Of a stretch of 64,000 bases of DNA, positions 29,001-38,000 are shown piece after piece; positions within the stretch are counted from its first letter, which is position 1, and each line of letters starts with the position of its first letter. The position numbers and the translations under genes were made by a program. The notes under the pieces were generated by a model. The model ran no database searches. It worked only from the letters and a program-made list of their open reading frames with translations, and was not told where the DNA came from. The stretch is from Candidatus Undinarchaeales archaeon (lineage in GTDB: Archaea; SpSt-1190; JASMDC01): NCBI GenBank assembly GCA_030753015.1, contig JASMDC010000016.1, forward strand, positions 10,773 through 74,772, in the 5' to 3' direction.

Positions 29001-30716
29001 TGCTCTGACCTTTGAGGGATCAAGGCCTAGGTCCGCGGTCACCCAGGCGCCATCGTCCCCCTCTTTGAGCTCGATGGTCAGCGAATAGCGCATTACATTG
29101 GCCACCGCGTCATATGAGACCTTCATGGGGACCGTTTCTGTGCGGTTGCCCAGGAGGGTGACCGATACGTCCGCGGTCCCGGCGCGGTCGGCAGTGATCT
29201 TGAGCGAGGATTCGTAGGGGATTATGTGTTGTCCGGGTACGAGCGTCAGTTCGTTCACAGTGAAGGACGTGGGTGTCGAGGTAAGTGAGCATGATACATC
29301 CATGGACACATTTCCACCGTGAGATGTGACGGAAAGCTTGCGGCCATCGAGCTCGCTTGCAGAATAGGTCTTTGTGAATCCCGATGACGGTGGGCATTCG
29401 CTGATCCCGGTGACGCCGATGCACCAACCGTAACTAAGAGCGCTTGGTATCTCGTTGAAAACGAGTCCCTTTGACAACGCGTCGTACGGATCGGTCACTC
29501 CATCTGTACCAGTTATATGCGCCGAGAAGAATGAGGGGACGAATGGTACTGAGGCAGCTGTTTGTGCGCTAGGGTAATAACCGATAGTTGATCCCGGATC
29601 ACCTTCTATGGTGATACTATTAAACGCGGAGCCTTCAGGAAAAGCGAGAGACGTTCCATTAAGTTCGCCTTCATGCAACATTTCATTGTTCAACCATGCT
29701 TTTCCTGATGGCATGCTGGGTATGTTCAAGAGAGCCGCGTTGGCATCATTTCCACAGCTATCGATTATTGGTGTATAGAAAATTGATGCTGTGCCGGAAG
29801 TCAGACTACCTAGTGAGAATGATGAAGATGTTCGAATGCCACCCAACTCCGTACAACCGAATGAAAAATCTCTCGATGATGCTCTGTTGTTAAGTGTAGT
29901 AAGAGAGTCTGTTGTGATTGTGTTTTCTGTTGAAAGTAGATGAATTGGTATGGTTATAGATACAATGTAGCTAAGGCTCCCTACGACTCCGTATTCTTCG
30001 GGCTTTAGGATTGGTAAATAGAATCTAGGACCCTTTGAAGGGTCCAGATGCACTTGACAGAAGCTATTGTCACTATTGTCGGAAGGATCAATCATTATTG
30101 AATTTATCCCCTTTCTTAATACCTTTGATGGAAAATTGAATACAGCTTCACCATCGATACAATCTACAGTATCTGTAGTATGATCATCAGTTCCTCTCTG
30201 AATAGTGAATGTGACTTTCCCATTGATGGGGAACTCATTTGATGTCCACCAACACTTGACAGCCACTTTGGCCACACCATCTCTGGGTTCATGTTCCAGA
30301 ATGAATTCATAGAGTAGTTCTTGCTTTGAAAAGGAGTAGCAATTCATATCATCAAATAATGCTAATAGCAAATCATCGTCCACAGCTTCATTCCCAACTA
30401 CGACATCACACGAACCGGTCTCATGACTAGGAAGTTCAAGGATCTGATTGTTCGTTCCGTCAGTTGTAGCCAATTCCATCCCACGGGTGAGCGATACATC
30501 TCCCGCTTCAACGCCCACCTGAAGTCTACACGTTCCCATTTCACATTCTTGTACTGCCAGGGAGCTACCCGATACTACAGAACCATCTGTGGAGAACTCA
30601 AATTGCTCTCCCGGAAGTTCCGTTGTCACACGATAATTAACAGTTATATCGCCTGCTGAAAGCACTAACGACATGATAATGAGCGCCGCAACAGACCTCC
30701 AATTGCTCATTGACAT
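26007..30716 (-). CDS. Large cysteine-rich single-pass surface protein (1569 aa)
   Basis: Signal peptide, beta-rich N-terminal part, about 750 aa of CGDGxC-type repeats, Ig-like domain, TM, Q/G/Y-rich tail. Confidence 0.85.
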   Translation of the reverse strand: MSMSNWRSVAALIIMSLVLSAGDITVNYRVTTELPGEQFEFSTDGSVVSGSSLAVQECEMGTCRLQVGVEAGDVSLTRGMELATTDGTNNQILELPSHETGSCDVVVGNEAVDDDLLLALFDDMNCYSFSKQELLYEFILEHEPRDGVAKVAVKCWWTSNEFPINGKVTFTIQRGTDDHTTDTVDCIDGEAVFNFPSKVLRKGINSIMIDPSDNSDNSFCQVHLDPSKGPRFYLPILKPEEYGVVGSLSYIVSITIPIHLLSTENTITTDSLTTLNNRASSRDFSFGCTELGGIRTSSSFSLGSLTSGTASIFYTPIIDSCGNDANAALLNIPSMPSGKAWLNNEMLHEGELNGTSLAFPEGSAFNSITIEGDPGSTIGYYPSAQTAASVPFVPSFFSAHITGTDGVTDPYDALSKGLVFNEIPSALSYGWCIGVTGISECPPSSGFTKTYSASELDGRKLSVTSHGGNVSMDVSCSLTSTPTSFTVNELTLVPGQHIIPYESSLKITADRAGTADVSVTLLGNRTETVPMKVSYDAVANVMRYSLTIELKEGDDGAWVTADLGLDPSKVRADTSTVTCGATTRTLNYTGTTLTISPEDVGACLSVGGVEVSIVTTECLAGDCPSCTELIDGDSCRVVHADSILAGTCCGGSCLTEGAPDDPCGAGQCAGTLACNATKASLYCASSVAGCCEGDVPGTCDADGVCQISPGGACAPKCLGEKSDKFVTFTCRAGACEEAEWSDCSAKGHSCMPAKGCVSCTKDDDCGGLCDYNSVGGFYSHVTYSCENEACVPHGIPCGGSIPFCSTAAGCRGCDNATECRSMFGKSFVCRNRVCDDTKGDGVCENALDEYCDSSDDCTCSTDEGEVCNPQDPRADYRGCFAVSCNDTYCDMTVQDIFLGKDLTFDECARGCKGCTLELCGQDDTCTPASGERCDTSADCACALDEVCMPGDPRSTDGSGCVKPTCDDSVCDMNLTDAATKKNVLLNECVLGCDGCNAMVCSADPGCNILSGEDCTISLDCRCGEGEVCGPFDPRANDAGCYVRRCGDGVCDISQGECTAGCMDCNITTCLQDIECNVPVGENCENTAGQCACPAGWECRPDHEEATETGCYNEKCGNGVCEPGEGECAGRCLDCGEGDCVGDGECSVFHRETCASAPGDCSCTTGLICGPEREGADLVGCVAPFCGDDACEAGEDSVTCCDDCGCDDGFACTGRRCGPVCDDGMIVAGETVETCCEDIGCPDGYTCTEDGCVSRCGDGVCTDDEGWEDCCIDCGCLGSYECPAGVCIPICGDGVCTSYESGDACCVDCGCTEGQRCKRDTLKCVPACGDGTCEQSDKLNECAICRQDCTVDQCAKNGRCDTEVGEHCSNSPDCSCDVSIKLGEDNEVVTLSQREGGKGEESVSIFVGNVGEADEYVSISVEGPAGVVAATDLPRVLLKPDTPFPYSFTVRAKEPGNHTVTVRIKREQGPEVVRTLVVEVEARSMLDTMLWMSTFKDLLEILFLPIVLVGTLYKGLDLYKRRKEEKRLTDQYGSVPQQTAPGQQAAMGRYGHGQYYGEGYQQQGRSGWQR

Positions 30717-30777
30717 CTAGGGCGCGCTCATCCTTTTAATCTATAGCTAGCGGTAGCAGCATCCCTATTTACTGAAG

Positions 30778-30828
30778 AAAACAAAAAAAAGGAAAAGAAT
30801 TCCCCCCGCGCCGAAGCGCGGAGGGAAT
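30778..30828 (-). terminator. Hairpin plus T-tract terminator of the S-layer gene
   Basis: GC stem at 30799-30828 with a C-TTCG-G loop on the minus strand, followed by a long T-rich tract. Confidence 0.8.
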
Positions 30829-30843
30829 CCTTAATCTCCTGTC

Positions 30844-33588
30844 TTACGCGAAGGAGATGTCTGCGGCCTCGATGGGCAGAGCCACGGACGCAGCCGTCTT
30901 GAACTTCAGGCTGGTTCCAGTTAGCTTGTCCTCGTAGTCGTAGTAGTGCTGAAGGATGTAGCACGCCGCACGGGTGTGCTCAGCCTCCCAGCCAGCTGCC
31001 ACGATAGCCTTCTTGCCGACGGTGAAGGCATCCTCCTTGAGCTCGATCAGGGCGATCGGAGCGTCACAGGGGAGCGCCTGGTCAGCGTCGTCACAGAAGT
31101 CCCACTTGGTGAAGCCGAGCTCCTGCACAAGGGCGTTGGCCGAAGGCCCGCCCACGAGGACGAAGTCCCCGTACATGGCAGAGGTCGGGTCCGAGACCTC
31201 GGAGTCAAGCAGGGCCACGGGCACAGCAATGTTGCTGTAGGTGTAGTAGTCGCCGCTGGGGACATCGGGAATGATGTCCTTAACGGTGTACTCGCCCACC
31301 TGGTCGCCCTTCTTGAGCTCTTGGACGTCCTCAGTAACACCGGAGTTTATCGACACAAGACCTCGGATGTCCTTCTTGGCCATCTTCAGGATCACGTCGC
31401 CAGCCTCGAGAGCGTCCTCGGGGGACTTGGCGATGATACCGTAGTTACCAATCTGGTCCTCCTTCTGGGTACCGAGCGTGTCGCCGATACCGCCGGTGGT
31501 CTTGTAGAGGTTGACCTCCTCTATAGAGGTCTCGTCCTTGCCGGCCGTGTGCGCGAAGTCGAAACCCACGAGGAACTGAATCTTCGCGGAGCCCTCCTCC
31601 TCACTGGCGATGTAGAGCGTACCCTCGTCCTGAGCCAATTCGTCAGTCACAAGGGCTGATCCCTTGGACTCGATCTGCGTAATACCGAGCTGGTAGATCG
31701 CAGTACCGTAGTACATCTTGGCCAGAAGCCTCACAGCGGGTCCGTCGGATCCGGCAGCACCGTCGTTCGTGACAGCGCCAAGGTTCGAGTTGGACGTCAT
31801 GTACGCAGTTCCAGTGAAGCCGCTGAGCAGCTTGTAGAACTTGTAGTCGTCGTCATCAGCGTTCTCCTTGTAGTTGATGAACGTACACATGTAGTCCGGT
31901 CGTGGCGGGTTAGCCTCGGAAGCCTCGGTCCAGGAGTCGTTCTTGCTGAACTGACCGACATCGTCACAGTCGAGACCGTGCTCACTTGTGGTCAAAGCGT
32001 CCTGAGATATGCCGACGAAGATCTCGGCGACAGGCTTCTTGTTGTCCAGCAGGAAGGTCGCACCTTCCGGCGGAACGAGGCGGTATCCGTTCATGTACTC
32101 GAAGTCCTCGCCCTTCTTGTCGAAGGGAGAGTTGACCGAGGTGGCCCAGATGACCTTGAAGTCACCCATGGCGCTCTCGTCCACATTGATACCGTGGAAC
32201 TGGAGCCTCCACTTGTCGTCTGGCGAGCTGATGAACTCGTCCTTGGCCAGACCCTTGCTTGAGCCCTTCTTGTCCTTGCTGTACTTGTACTCAATGATAC
32301 AGGTACGGGCGTCGTCGGTCCCGAGACCCTCGGAGCCGTAGGAGGAACAACCAGATGTACCCTTAATGGCAGTCGAGCTGACCTCACAGCAGATGTTCTC
32401 GAGCTCCCAGTCGGTCTCCTTGTTAGCGTTGTCCTTCCACTTCTTGCCGTCAGTGACGGTGCGCTCGATGTCACCAAAGCCCATCCAGACCTCAGCGGTG
32501 GAGAGCGAGTTCCAGGTGTCAGGCCTGATCTCGATGGTGAACTCACTGATCTTCTTGCTGATGGTGGCAGGCGTGGTCTTGTGCACGTCGTCGTAGTTGG
32601 GCGAGAACATGTGTGTCTGCCCGGAGGGGTCCACGATCTCGAAGAACGCAGTGTTGGAGCCAGAGGCAACGTCGTTCAGGGTGATCTTGTAACCCTTGTA
32701 CTCGGTTGTCTTGCCCTTGTGGATGACCTTCTTGTCACCCATAAGGATAACGAACTTCGGGGTCGCAGCGTTGTCGTCGTTGTCAATGGCGTCGAAGTCC
32801 GACAGGCGCACGTCGTGCCCGAAGATCTTCACGGGGAGGTAGTTGTCCACACCGAGACCGCCGTTGGTCGCATCTCCCTTTCCGGAGAGCGTGAAGTTGG
32901 CGTAGTCGTCGATGTTGTCGTCTCCCTCTGTGGAGCCTGCGCCATAGTCGGCGTCCGTAGGCGCCTCGATGAACACCTTGTACTTAAGGGTGCTCGCGGC
33001 AATAGAGAACCTCAGCACCTCCTTGTCGATGGTGAATCCCATGTTACCAGCGCTACCGAGCTTCGTGGTGTCCAAGGTGATGATGTCGAACACACGGAAC
33101 GAGTCATCAGGCTCACCGGCCGGGCTCACATAAACATCCTGAAGCATAGGCAGGCCGTGGTAGTCGTGGAGACCCTCGATAAGGTTCGTCGTCTCCTCAA
33201 GGAAACCTTCCTTGAAGTCGGCGAAGGCGATGTCCACCTTCTCATCGTCGGTACCCTTACCGTCAGCGGCAAGAGCGAAGTCGTGGATAAGACCAGCGAC
33301 ATCCGTCTTGGTCAGTACCGCGGTACCAGCACCTCCGCCGGAGATGGTGGCCTTCTTGTGCGTCGCCTGGGCCATGGCGGCCGCGATATTCACGGCACCC
33401 ACGACGTCGGCGGGGGCTGCGACCTTACCGACCACAATAGTGGACTTGAGCTCGCCGTCCTTGATAAACATCCCGGGGAAGTCCGAGAGGTTCGCAGAGA
33501 GGGCGGGAGCCGCAATGGTAGATCCCAGCATTAGAGCGCTGCCCGCGAGGGCGGCCATGCGCTTGATTCCTTTCTTAATGGTCTGCAT
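30844..33588 (-). CDS. S-layer protein
   Basis: IKRMAALAGSALMLG signal; LSDFPGMF...IVVG...DVVGAVNIA (S-layer N-type); VALLDSEV, LVGGPSANALV, AAGWEAEHTRAA (S-layer C-type); AAGGAG ribosome-binding site; strongly biased codons. Confidence 0.9.
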   Translation of the reverse strand: MQTIKKGIKRMAALAGSALMLGSTIAAPALSANLSDFPGMFIKDGELKSTIVVGKVAAPADVVGAVNIAAAMAQATHKKATISGGGAGTAVLTKTDVAGLIHDFALAADGKGTDDEKVDIAFADFKEGFLEETTNLIEGLHDYHGLPMLQDVYVSPAGEPDDSFRVFDIITLDTTKLGSAGNMGFTIDKEVLRFSIAASTLKYKVFIEAPTDADYGAGSTEGDDNIDDYANFTLSGKGDATNGGLGVDNYLPVKIFGHDVRLSDFDAIDNDDNAATPKFVILMGDKKVIHKGKTTEYKGYKITLNDVASGSNTAFFEIVDPSGQTHMFSPNYDDVHKTTPATISKKISEFTIEIRPDTWNSLSTAEVWMGFGDIERTVTDGKKWKDNANKETDWELENICCEVSSTAIKGTSGCSSYGSEGLGTDDARTCIIEYKYSKDKKGSSKGLAKDEFISSPDDKWRLQFHGINVDESAMGDFKVIWATSVNSPFDKKGEDFEYMNGYRLVPPEGATFLLDNKKPVAEIFVGISQDALTTSEHGLDCDDVGQFSKNDSWTEASEANPPRPDYMCTFINYKENADDDDYKFYKLLSGFTGTAYMTSNSNLGAVTNDGAAGSDGPAVRLLAKMYYGTAIYQLGITQIESKGSALVTDELAQDEGTLYIASEEEGSAKIQFLVGFDFAHTAGKDETSIEEVNLYKTTGGIGDTLGTQKEDQIGNYGIIAKSPEDALEAGDVILKMAKKDIRGLVSINSGVTEDVQELKKGDQVGEYTVKDIIPDVPSGDYYTYSNIAVPVALLDSEVSDPTSAMYGDFVLVGGPSANALVQELGFTKWDFCDDADQALPCDAPIALIELKEDAFTVGKKAIVAAGWEAEHTRAACYILQHYYDYEDKLTGTSLKFKTAASVALPIEAADISFA

Positions 33589-33642
33589 TTTAATGCACAC
33601 TCCTTTCAGCATTACGCTTGGGACAGACAAGTCCGAACCTGA

Positions 33643-33651
33643 TTTATAAAA
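33643..33651 (-). promoter_or_regulatory. TATA box of the S-layer gene
   Basis: TTTTATAAA on the minus strand about 55 nt upstream of the ATG at 33588. Confidence 0.65.
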
Positions 33652-33835
33652 GTTTGGTAAAACTGGTCTTACTTGCGAGTAGTAACACGTCATTCGTCGA
33701 ACATCGCTACGTCAATCTTGTGTAACTCATGAATGTTAATAATCCTTAATAAGTGACCTGTGAAACGTGGTACATGCACTGTATCTATGGTCGCGAGCAA
33801 GTGTCCTGAGCCCGGTAAAGTAGCCATCATCACGC

Positions 33836-34612
33836 TCACACGTCACCGAAGATCTCCGCCGAGGGATAGACCTTGATGCCCCCGGGGGCCGCTATCTTGA
33901 ACGGATAGATCTTCGTGCTGTGGTTCGTCGAGCGCATCTTACGCACGGCCAGTGCCCGCATGAACATGTTCTTCTCCTTGATGAAGTAGAGGACGATGAC
34001 ACCGTCGACGACGAACTCCTCGACACCGTAGACCGAGTACTTGTTGGCCCCCTCCTCCCTTTCCGAGATCATGAAGGTCGTGCAGTTGACCCTTCGCAGG
34101 ATGCGCGACAGGTCCATGAAGGAACGACGGATCTTGTACTGGTCGTTGAAGTACATCCCAAGGATGGTCGCAGAGTCGAGGACGAGCCGCTTGGCCCCGA
34201 TCTCCATCACCGAATCCTCGATGGTGGTGACCAGAGATTCCCACTTGTAGAGCTCGGGCTCGACGACATTGAGCTTCTTGTCCTTGATTAGACCGCGAAC
34301 GTCCCAGCCGAAGTGACAGGCATTCTCTATGATCTGTTTGGGTGGCTCCTCGAGAGTAAGGTAGATACCGGGTTCTTCTTCGTACTGGGCCCCATGGCAG
34401 AGGAACTGCATCCCGATCGTCGACTTCCCGTTCCCGCACGAACCTGTGATGAGAACAAGGTTGTTGCGTGGGATACCCCCCTGGAGCAGGTCGTCGAGGC
34501 CAGGGACCCCCGACCTCACGCGTGTGACCTGTGACGGCTTCCCGAGCTCCTCGCCGTCGGTCAGCTGGGTCGTCGTCTCTTCTTCTTCCTCCTCGATCTC
34601 ACCAAAGGCCAT
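33836..34612 (-). CDS. Single-domain KaiC-like (RecA-superfamily) ATPase
   Basis: SGVPGLDDLLQGGIP, Walker A GSCGNGKS, TLEE, RLVLDS, VEEFVVDGVI, VRKMRSTNH. Confidence 0.9.
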   Translation of the reverse strand: MAFGEIEEEEEETTTQLTDGEELGKPSQVTRVRSGVPGLDDLLQGGIPRNNLVLITGSCGNGKSTIGMQFLCHGAQYEEEPGIYLTLEEPPKQIIENACHFGWDVRGLIKDKKLNVVEPELYKWESLVTTIEDSVMEIGAKRLVLDSATILGMYFNDQYKIRRSFMDLSRILRRVNCTTFMISEREEGANKYSVYGVEEFVVDGVIVLYFIKEKNMFMRALAVRKMRSTNHSTKIYPFKIAAPGGIKVYPSAEIFGDV

Positions 34613-34911
34613 ACTGGGCTTATTCTTGTGGTGTAGTATTAAAAAAGTGACATCGGGGCACCCTTGCATTACTTACGGACCGATGGTCCTTTGACCGGTG
34701 AAATGATATCATTATCCGGCCTGCCGAAAAAGGACACCACAAGGGCGCTATCGACAACTGACGAAGGGCGAATCGACGATAAACACTCGTAAATACGCCA
34801 ATCCTTGCCCCGCTCCGATAGAAAATGCCGATCACAAGTCTCGGAACGGTCCGGAACCGTAATATAGGCCCGTTCGGACCGCATAGTGGAAATACTGGCC
34901 ATTTCAGGGTA

Positions 34912-34945
34912 GGCCCTTTATAAAACCGTCACGGGGCCCTTTATA
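34912..34945. promoter_or_regulatory. Two tandem TATA-like boxes within an 11-bp direct repeat
   Basis: GGCCCTTTATA at 34912-34922 and 34935-34945. Confidence 0.5.
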
Positions 34946-35011
34946 TATGGGCAGAGGTTCCGCCTTAGAAGGACACTACACGTTGTCATGTCCTGAGGAA
35001 GGTCTATTCAT

Positions 35012-38000
35012 ATGGTGAACGAACGATTGCACAGAACCATTTTTATGGCATTGATCTGCGTATTCTTGCTGGCGGCGATGGGAACTAGCGTAAATGCTCG
35101 TTTCCAAAATGACTATTCCACGACCGCAAATATCCGCTATTATTGTAACGGAGCGAAGATCACCTCAACAGACTCAGATTCCGATAGCATGCGGGATTGT
35201 TTCTCCACGTATCCAAAAGGCACGAAAGATGGCAATGACATCCAAGAAGGATCCCATCCATCGGTAGTAAACAAGATCATAACAAGGTGCAAGAGTGACA
35301 TCATCGGCGAAAATGTCTACGACCAGGATTCCAGGTGCGACAACTGTCGCTATGTCTCCCATGTCTACTACTCCCTCGTCCAACCCACCAACGCTGGTTT
35401 CGGCGGCGATGAGGTGAAGTGTACCCAGGTCAAGTTCCGTAAGTGCTCGATGTCCGGCTATACCGGAAGCAAGTCATGCATCATTGAGAACGATGGCAAG
35501 AAGGCCGGACGGAATTGCGAGGCGGACGGGAAGATTACAGCGTGTGTCGACAAGTGTTGTCCTCAGGGTACGGGCTGCTCCGGTGGAAAGTGTGTGCCGA
35601 AGAACACCGGTACGGGAACAGGCACTGGTACCGGTACTGGCACCGGCACGGGAACGGGTACCGGCACTGGTACCGGCACGGGAACAGGTACTGGTACGAG
35701 CAGTGAGCAGGTCTTCCACATCTGCAAGGTTGCTTCAGGTTCGACGATAAGTTACGCGTGCCAATCAGGATGTACCGATAAGGTTGTTCCACACGGATTC
35801 TCCAAGCAAACTGAATGCACGGCCGCGATGAATCTTGCAAAGAATACCTGCCCCTATCAAAAGGAAGGTAAGACCCTAGCGATCAAGCTCGGCGAGTGCG
35901 CTGTCGATGGAGAAAACCACTATGAGGCCCGATGCCTCCTTACAAGGGTGACCGATAAAGCAGTGAAGTCCTTAATGTTCCCTGATAAAAAATGCTCGAA
36001 GTCCGCCAAGGACGCAGCTACCAATAACCAGGACCAGACGAACGCAGCTGCTAACTTCGACGATAGTGCCGAAAATACACGCAAAGATGCAAACAAATAC
36101 ACTGAAGCAAATAATGCCCTCGAAGCGTGCAGGAAGAAGTACCCCGGGCAGGAGGCGGAAAAATGCACGAAAGAGCAGGAGGCTGTAGCCAACGCCAAAG
36201 GGAAGGTGGACACTGCATACAAAGAGCTCAAAGGAAAGTACGATACGGAATGCAAGGAGCCGATCCCCGAGGATAAAAAGGCCACTTGTGCGAGCATGAA
36301 AGACGAGCTCGATAAGACCAAGAGCGAACTGCTCGACGCCGGCCTTAACAAGTGCTGCAAGAAGGAAAATACCTATTCCATAGAAGGCGCGTGCAAGGAC
36401 GGTGCGACCGAGGAGTCCGACACGACGAAATGCAAGCAAGAAGAGAGCGTCTGCTGCCAGGAGACAAAGGATGGCACAAAGTCGTTCCTGACCATCGCGA
36501 GGAAGGAATGCAAGGACGGCAAGGACAAGAACGAAAAGGCGTACACACGCACCGTCGAATCGTCGGCCACGGCCCAGAAGAAGGGGGACCCCGAGCTGAT
36601 CAAGGTGGACGGCGCGACCACGCCCGCCCAGCTCAATCCAGCGTCGATCGACTGTTCAAATATCGGAGAGAGCGACTACAACCGCAAGAAGGACCCCGTC
36701 CTCAACCTGTGCGATCACATGAAGAAGATGCGCACGGCCTTCAACAACATCGACGCGTTCTACTTCGGGAAGAAAGGCCAGGTCTCGGGCCTGCTCGATT
36801 ATCTCAAGATCCTCAAGGACGCCTTCAAGGACCAGTGCGATGAATGCAACAAGGCGTTCAATACCTTCAAGGGTGCTGAATACCCGAACTGCGGTAACGC
36901 CGACGTCAAAGAGCGTGCGACCATCATGAAGCTGCAGTACTCGATCGATCAGATCGCTGCGGCCGGGAAGGATGACTTCGGCCCGAAGCTCTGTGATACC
37001 GCAGCCGAGAACGTCTGCCTGGGCGATGAGGCCCGTAAGTGCGCGTTCGACGGTGAGAAGGCCGGTGTTCATAAGAAAGCGATCGAGCAGGCCAAGGCAT
37101 GCGGAGTCTGCGTCGTCATGTCGTGCTGCGCTGGCAAGGACGTGAAGGCCGGCGGGTTCGACGATGCGGATTGCTCGGAGAAGAAGATCAATCCCCCGGA
37201 AGGACCCTGCGGCTCCAAAAAGAACGGTAATGGGATAACCCTCTCTGGTACATGGCAATGCAGAAGGGACGAGGTCCAGATCAAGAAGGTGAGGTCCTAT
37301 GACCTTGGTATCACAGCCCTCAAGCATGATGCGCTCAAGGACGAGATGTGCGATGGTGGCGAATCCGACTATGTTGAATGCAATGTGGATGGAGCGGGCG
37401 GCAAGCCCAAAGAATGCGCAACAGCGGGCACAAGCTCACCGACAAGCGCTTGCAAGGATATCCCGGACATCGTTGACAAGGGACTGTATCCTGATCAGGA
37501 TTGCACCGACACGGTCTGGGACGATCCCGATAGCGATGATAAAGGCAAGATCGCCGACAACAAGAAGATGAAGTGGTGCAAAGCCCTCACCAAGAAGAAC
37601 GAGAACAGGGGAATGCTCTGCAAGTACAAGGAGAAGTTCGACTGCCAGAAGGAGCTCTCGGACTGTGACTGGGAAAAAGGCGGCAATTACGAGAAGGATA
37701 GCAATGGGTACGCCGCCAACGTCATCGAGTGCTACGGCTACCCCGAGAACAAGGAAGAGCCGGGTTGCGACGACTACAAGCCCGAGAAGAGGAAAGAGAT
37801 CAAGGCGGAGTCGCTCAAGAAGTACACCTACTGTACCTACAACACGGGCGATAACCAAGGCTTCTTCTGTCAGTATGAAGGACAAGACAAGAAGTCAAGG
37901 TGCCAGGACTGGGACGCTAAGGGAGCCGTCATCGAGGTCGGCATCTCCGAGAACGCGGCGGTCCTCGAATCCGCGCTGCTCGACTGTCAGACGCAGGCCG

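Noticed and set aside
33589-33693. N-terminal extension of the S-layer ORF, and similar extensions given for trxB, map, truD, DUF72 and DUF1670
   Set aside because: The extensions cover promoter or ribosome-binding sequence or overlap neighbours; downstream starts fit the family N-termini better.
36770-36810. Internal KKGQVS resembling a class III signal cleavage site in the giant protein
   Set aside because: It lies about 590 aa into the ORF, is not followed by a hydrophobic helix, and has no separate start.
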